DNA of 38,570 nucleotides from Oscillospiraceae bacterium (GTDB lineage Bacteria; Bacillota; Clostridia; Oscillospirales; Ruminococcaceae): NCBI GenBank assembly GCA_017828955.1, contig JAGAJQ010000054.1, positions 1 to 38,570 of the forward strand, read 5' to 3'. Shown piece by piece: positions 35,053 to 38,570 of this stretch (position 1 is its first letter; each line of letters starts with the position of its first letter). The notes under the pieces were generated by a model. It saw only the letters and a program-made list of their open reading frames with translations, ran no database searches and was not told where the DNA came from. The position numbers and the translations under genes were made by a program.

Positions 35053-35760
35053 TTAAACCCCTCTGCACATAAATTTTGCAAAATCTGTTTTTGTTATATC
35101 CGAAAAACTTCTGCTTATAGGAACTTCTTTTCCGCCCTCAAAAACATATTTGTTTCTGAAAATTTCAGAAACCTTATTCATATTCACAATGAAACTTTTA
35201 TGACACTTTGTGAATCCCTTTTCAGAAAGTACTTCATATAGTTTATCGAGATTTTCTATCGAAACAAAAGAGTCGTCTTTCAAAAAGATAGATGTAGTTC
35301 TTCCTGTTCTTTCGCAGTAGAGTATATCGCATATTCTCAGAATTCGTTTTCTGTCTTTTGAAGAAACTGTTATAAAATCATTTTTCTGTGATTCCTTTTC
35401 AGCGATAGCCTTTTCGATAGCTTTAGGAAGATTTTTTTCCATATCTTCTTTAACGACGAAATATGTATGGTCGGTTGAATAAACATCTGTTGCATATGTG
35501 ATATGATTTGTGAGATAGATTATTCTGCAATCGGGAAATTTTTCGTTGAGATTTTTTCCAAGGTCGATTCCGCTTTCTTTATCTATCTCAATATCAAGAA
35601 CGGCAATATCCATATTCATTTCTGAAATTTTAGTAATCGCTTCCGCAAGATTTTTCGAGATAATGACGTTTAAAATACCATTGTATTTTTCAGAAAGCAA
35701 TTTTTCTGTTTCCGAAAGAAAAACATCGTTATCATCGCATAAAAGAACATTATACATCAT
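35053..35760 (-). CDS. LytTR-family response regulator (AgrA-like)
   Basis: Canonical receiver residues (LLCDDN, IAVLDIEI, IIYLTNH, YFVVKE) and a LytTR domain (FTKCHKSFIVNMNKVSEI). The start may be the second ATG at 35757. Confidence 0.85.
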   Translation of the reverse strand: MMYNVLLCDDNDVFLSETEKLLSEKYNGILNVIISKNLAEAITKISEMNMDIAVLDIEIDKESGIDLGKNLNEKFPDCRIIYLTNHITYATDVYSTDHTYFVVKEDMEKNLPKAIEKAIAEKESQKNDFITVSSKDRKRILRICDILYCERTGRTTSIFLKDDSFVSIENLDKLYEVLSEKGFTKCHKSFIVNMNKVSEIFRNKYVFEGGKEVPISRSFSDITKTDFAKFMCRGV

Positions 35761-35787
35761 ATCACCTCAAAACATAATACAAGGATA

Positions 35788-35817
35788 ATTATATCATTTT
35801 CTGACAGAATTAGTCAA
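35788..35817 (-). promoter_or_regulatory. Putative sigma-A promoter of the two-component operon
   Basis: On the minus strand: TTGACT, 18-nt spacer, TATAAT. Confidence 0.4.
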
Positions 35818-35821
35818 TAGA

Positions 35822-35847
35822 AAAGGACACTCATATGAGTGTCCTTT
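35822..35847 (-). terminator. Rho-independent terminator after the SARP-like gene
   Basis: 12-bp palindromic stem AAAGGACACTCA / TGAGTGTCCTTT with T-runs on both sides. Confidence 0.65.
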
Positions 35848-35848
35848 T

Positions 35849-37024
35849 CTAATTTATCTTCTTTAGTTTAAAAGTTATTTTTGCGGTGATTTTGGGGTTA
35901 TCTCTCTTAAAGCGTTTTGCAATTCTCTTTATAATCATATTTGCGTTGTCTTCCGTTGCCGAGGCGATGAGGATTGCATACTGAGAGAGGCTTATTCTTG
36001 TGAAGACATCACTGCTTCGAAGAGAAAATGTTATACAGTCGATAAGTTTTTCCATAACCGAAGAAAGCTTGTTTCCGCCGAGCATTCCGCCGTTTTCATC
36101 TGAAATATTCAGAACGCATAGCTGAACGGGTCTGCCGTCTCTTGACGACGCTTTCTTTTCAAGCTGATAGATGTATTTGAAGAATTCGTATTCACAGTAA
36201 AATGCACCGACAACGTCATCATCTTCATTCAGAATAGCAGTAACCTTATCGAAATCGAGCGAAACATCGTGACAGTCATAAACTGTTTCTTTATAAAGCT
36301 GTAAGAATTCTTCCGAGGGGTTTACGCCGAGTTTGTTATAGAAAATATCTATCGCTCTGTGATAAAGGTCTCTCGCGGACTTTTTATCGCCGAGTTCTGA
36401 TAACGCACGGATTTCCATAGCATAGATAAATTCGTCATACTGGTCTATGAGAAGTGCTTTTCTGCATAACGCGATCGTTTCGTTGAATTCATTGTTTTCA
36501 AATAAAAGGTCTAAAGCGAAATAAACCGCCTTTATATAAAGCGAATGATAATATGCCGAAATGGGTGCCGCCCAGTTTTCACCGTTCTGAGAGGGAAGAT
36601 AGTCACCCTTGTAAAGTTCCATCGCGGAGAGAACCATATCAACTCTTTTGCGGTAATTTTCCTTTGAAACAAAAGCCTCGTTACAGAGCATTTCGAATTT
36701 TTCTGTATCTATATCAGCTTCTATTTCGTTGTTCCATCTGTATCCGCCGGGGCAACTGACAATAAGGTCTTTACCTAAGGGTGAGAAAGAAGCGAGTGTA
36801 TCGCGAAGTCTGCAAAGCTGAGTTTTCAAAGCAGAGGCGGGGTTTGAACTGTCATCGTATAAAAGTTCTATAAGTTCGTTCTGCTGGATCTCTTTTTCTC
36901 TGAAAGTTATTATATATTCAAGAAGTGTCCACATATTTCTCGAACGGCGTGAGGTTTCATCGATTTTCTTGTCGCCTATCTTTATTGAGAAATTCCCGAG
37001 CATTGTGATTTCTATATTGCTCAC
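35849..37024 (-). CDS. SARP-type regulator: winged-helix + BTAD + degenerate GGDEF-like domain
   Basis: Start moved to the GTG at 37024 (RBS AAGAGG 8 nt upstream), giving the typical SNIEITMLGNFSIKIG N-terminus. BTAD pattern ELYKGDYLP...LGVNPSEEFLQLY. The C-terminus has GGDEF-domain spacing, but the motif is replaced by SLSQY. Confidence 0.65.
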   Translation of the reverse strand: MSNIEITMLGNFSIKIGDKKIDETSRRSRNMWTLLEYIITFREKEIQQNELIELLYDDSSNPASALKTQLCRLRDTLASFSPLGKDLIVSCPGGYRWNNEIEADIDTEKFEMLCNEAFVSKENYRKRVDMVLSAMELYKGDYLPSQNGENWAAPISAYYHSLYIKAVYFALDLLFENNEFNETIALCRKALLIDQYDEFIYAMEIRALSELGDKKSARDLYHRAIDIFYNKLGVNPSEEFLQLYKETVYDCHDVSLDFDKVTAILNEDDDVVGAFYCEYEFFKYIYQLEKKASSRDGRPVQLCVLNISDENGGMLGGNKLSSVMEKLIDCITFSLRSSDVFTRISLSQYAILIASATEDNANMIIKRIAKRFKRDNPKITAKITFKLKKIN

Positions 37025-37349
37025 GATTAAAACCTCTTTTCTTTTGTAATTGTTGCACAACGATAGTTTGTGCTTATTGTAAAAATCATAGAAAATTTGT
37101 GGCAGTTACTTTAAATACGCGAATTGTAACCCGTCTGTAACCTCTTGTGAATATAATAAAGCCATAACAAACACAACAGTTAAATACCTGCCAGATTGAT
37201 TTGATGTGTTAATACCGAAACGGTATCGGTCTTGGGTCCCCTCCCGAGCCGATATTGTTTTATCCGAATGACAATAGTATTGCGCCATCATATATGAATT
37301 GAGGTTACACGACACAGTCGGGTAACCTCATTTTCGTTCTTAATTTAGT

Positions 37350-37676
37350 TTACTGTAAAAGCGCGAGTGCTGCGTCTGTGGCAACATTTCCGTGAGCAGC
37401 AAGAGTGTTTTCGGGCTTTTCTGCAGCAGTCTGCTTCAAAGCCTTCATAAGCTCGATTGCTTCTTCTCTTGAATTGATCTTGCTTGCGGCAGCTTCCTTG
37501 TTAGCGTTTGCAACTTCTGAAGTAAATTCTGCCTTGTCTGCTGATTTCTTTTCAACAAACTTTATAGCTCCTGAGGCATTTTCGGCCTTCTCTGCCTTTT
37601 TGCCTGAGTCAACGCCCTTTAATCCCACATTGGCACTGTTAAGAACTTCACCTGAAGTAATCTGATCTATAGCCAT
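37350..37676 (-). CDS. Hypothetical Ala/Lys/Glu-rich small protein (108 aa)
   Basis: Strong RBS AAGGAGG. No TM helix or signal peptide and no family recognised. Confidence 0.55.
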   Translation of the reverse strand: MAIDQITSGEVLNSANVGLKGVDSGKKAEKAENASGAIKFVEKKSADKAEFTSEVANANKEAAASKINSREEAIELMKALKQTAAEKPENTLAAHGNVATDAALALLQ

Positions 37677-37909
37677 AAAAAATACCTCCTTGTATAAATC
37701 TCATATCATAAATGCGGAATCTTATCCGTATAAACATTCTATCACAAATTGTTTTCTATTGCAATAGTTATTTTCAATGGGCATTATATTTTTGTGACAT
37801 TTTTCAGTATGACGGCAATTTTTAGGTCATTTTTCACTTGAAACGGCAAAAAGATAGTGATATACTATATTATGTATAACTTTGAGTATAATATTATGAG
37901 GTGATTTTC

Positions 37910-38570
37910 TTGCAGAGTTCTATAAAAAAAGTAATAATAATCGCGGCGATAATAATAGCCGTTGTAATAGCGGGAGCGACCATTGCGGTAGGTCTTCTTT
38001 TAAGAGGAAACGACAAGCCCGTTTCTTCGGATAATCCACCCGCAGTAACTGATACAACAACTTCGGGCGAAGAAACTCCTTCCGATACAGTATCGGGCGA
38101 AAATACAACACCCGATACAACAACCGACGGCGGAAACAATAACACCCCCGCATCTTCTGAAACATCACAGGGAACAGAAAATACCCCCGCTCCCGAAAGC
38201 GTTACAAAATCAGGTCTTTCAGCGGGTGCAAAACTTGTTTCTTCATGGGATAATAACGGACAGATAAATTCACAGTTTGATATAACAGTTTCAAACAACG
38301 GCTCTGAAAATGTATCTTCCTGGACGGTTGAATTCGATGTTCCATCGGGGTCAACGATTTCAGGAAGCTGGAACGGAAACTACTCGATAGCAGGAACAGT
38401 CCTTAAAATAACAGGCGACCAGAACAACTCAAACATCTCAGCAGGCGGAACTTCAACAACAGGATTTATTATCGTTTCTCCCTCTGCTTTTAACATCAAC
38501 GAAATCAGAGTAAACGGCGAAAAGGTCAAGGTTGATGTTTCATCGGGAACAGGAAATAATAATAACAACA
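37910..38570 (+). CDS. TM-anchored surface protein with Thr/Pro-rich linker and CBM2-like beta-sandwich domain (3' end outside the window)
   Basis: TTG start 4 nt after AGGTGAT. I translated this frame codon by codon to the window end and found no stop. TM helix VIIIAAIIIAVVIAGATIAVGLL. The pattern SSWDNNGQINSQFDITVSNNGSENVSSWTVEFDVPSGSTISGSWNGNY...GTSTTGFII resembles a family 2-type carbohydrate-binding module. The ORF is not in the track because it has no stop in the window. Confidence 0.65.
   Translation, partial: MQSSIKKVIIIAAIIIAVVIAGATIAVGLLLRGNDKPVSSDNPPAVTDTTTSGEETPSDTVSGENTTPDTTTDGGNNNTPASSETSQGTENTPAPESVTKSGLSAGAKLVSSWDNNGQINSQFDITVSNNGSENVSSWTVEFDVPSGSTISGSWNGNYSIAGTVLKITGDQNNSNISAGGTSTTGFIIVSPSAFNINEIRVNGEKVKVDVSSGTGNNNNN

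Noticed and set aside
37106-37315. 69-aa minus-strand ORF in the structured intergenic region.
   Set aside because: It has no RBS and an odd composition, and it coincides with the hairpin-rich untranslated region.
1-38570. Mobile elements, prophage, tRNA or rRNA genes.
   Set aside because: No integrase, transposase or recombinase ORFs, no terminal inverted repeats bounding a cassette, and no tRNA- or rRNA-like sequences were recognised by eye. The island therefore has no visible mobility signature in this window.

Overview
Low-GC, Firmicutes/Clostridia-like chromosomal segment; the taxon is inferred from codon style, Thr/Pro/Glu linkers and gene content and was not verified. Nt 1-5.3 kb is ordinary: the 3' end of gltX and a GldA/GldF/GldG-type ABC exporter operon with a DUF4340-like gene. 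Nt 5.3-9.1 kb (minus strand) holds a small YD-like-repeat lipoprotein and a VTC polyphosphate-polymerase / DUF4956 / CotH operon. A Cache-HAMP chemoreceptor occupies 9.5-11.5 kb. The core of the window (11.6-33.7 kb) is an atypical type VII (T7SSb-like) secretion island. A minus-strand operon encodes five WXG-type helical-hairpin proteins, one of them fused to a CHAP-like peptidoglycan hydrolase, plus a 442-aa orphan. It faces a long plus-strand operon with an FHA-bearing EssC ATPase and a YukD/EsaB ubiquitin-like protein, but no recognisable EsaA, EssA or EssB. In their place, interleaved with essC, are a membrane FHA protein, a membrane PP2C phosphatase and a membrane Hanks-type Ser/Thr kinase with EssB-like topology. 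Also there are an unlisted 51-aa membrane ORF, a LytTR regulator overlapping the essC stop, and four paralogues of a TM + TPR + Thr-rich linker + YD-like-repeat protein. The conserved TPR-linker-repeat part of that family is also fused to the phosphatase. Three more YD-like-repeat surface proteins and an XRE regulator lie between the two operons. Downstream are an AgrCA-type two-component system without agrBD, a SARP/BTAD regulator with a degenerate GGDEF domain, an Ala/Lys-rich small protein, and a TTG-start CBM-like surface protein missing from the ORF track. No tRNA, rRNA, CRISPR array, transposase or integrase was seen. All family assignments come from motif reading only; no searches were run.
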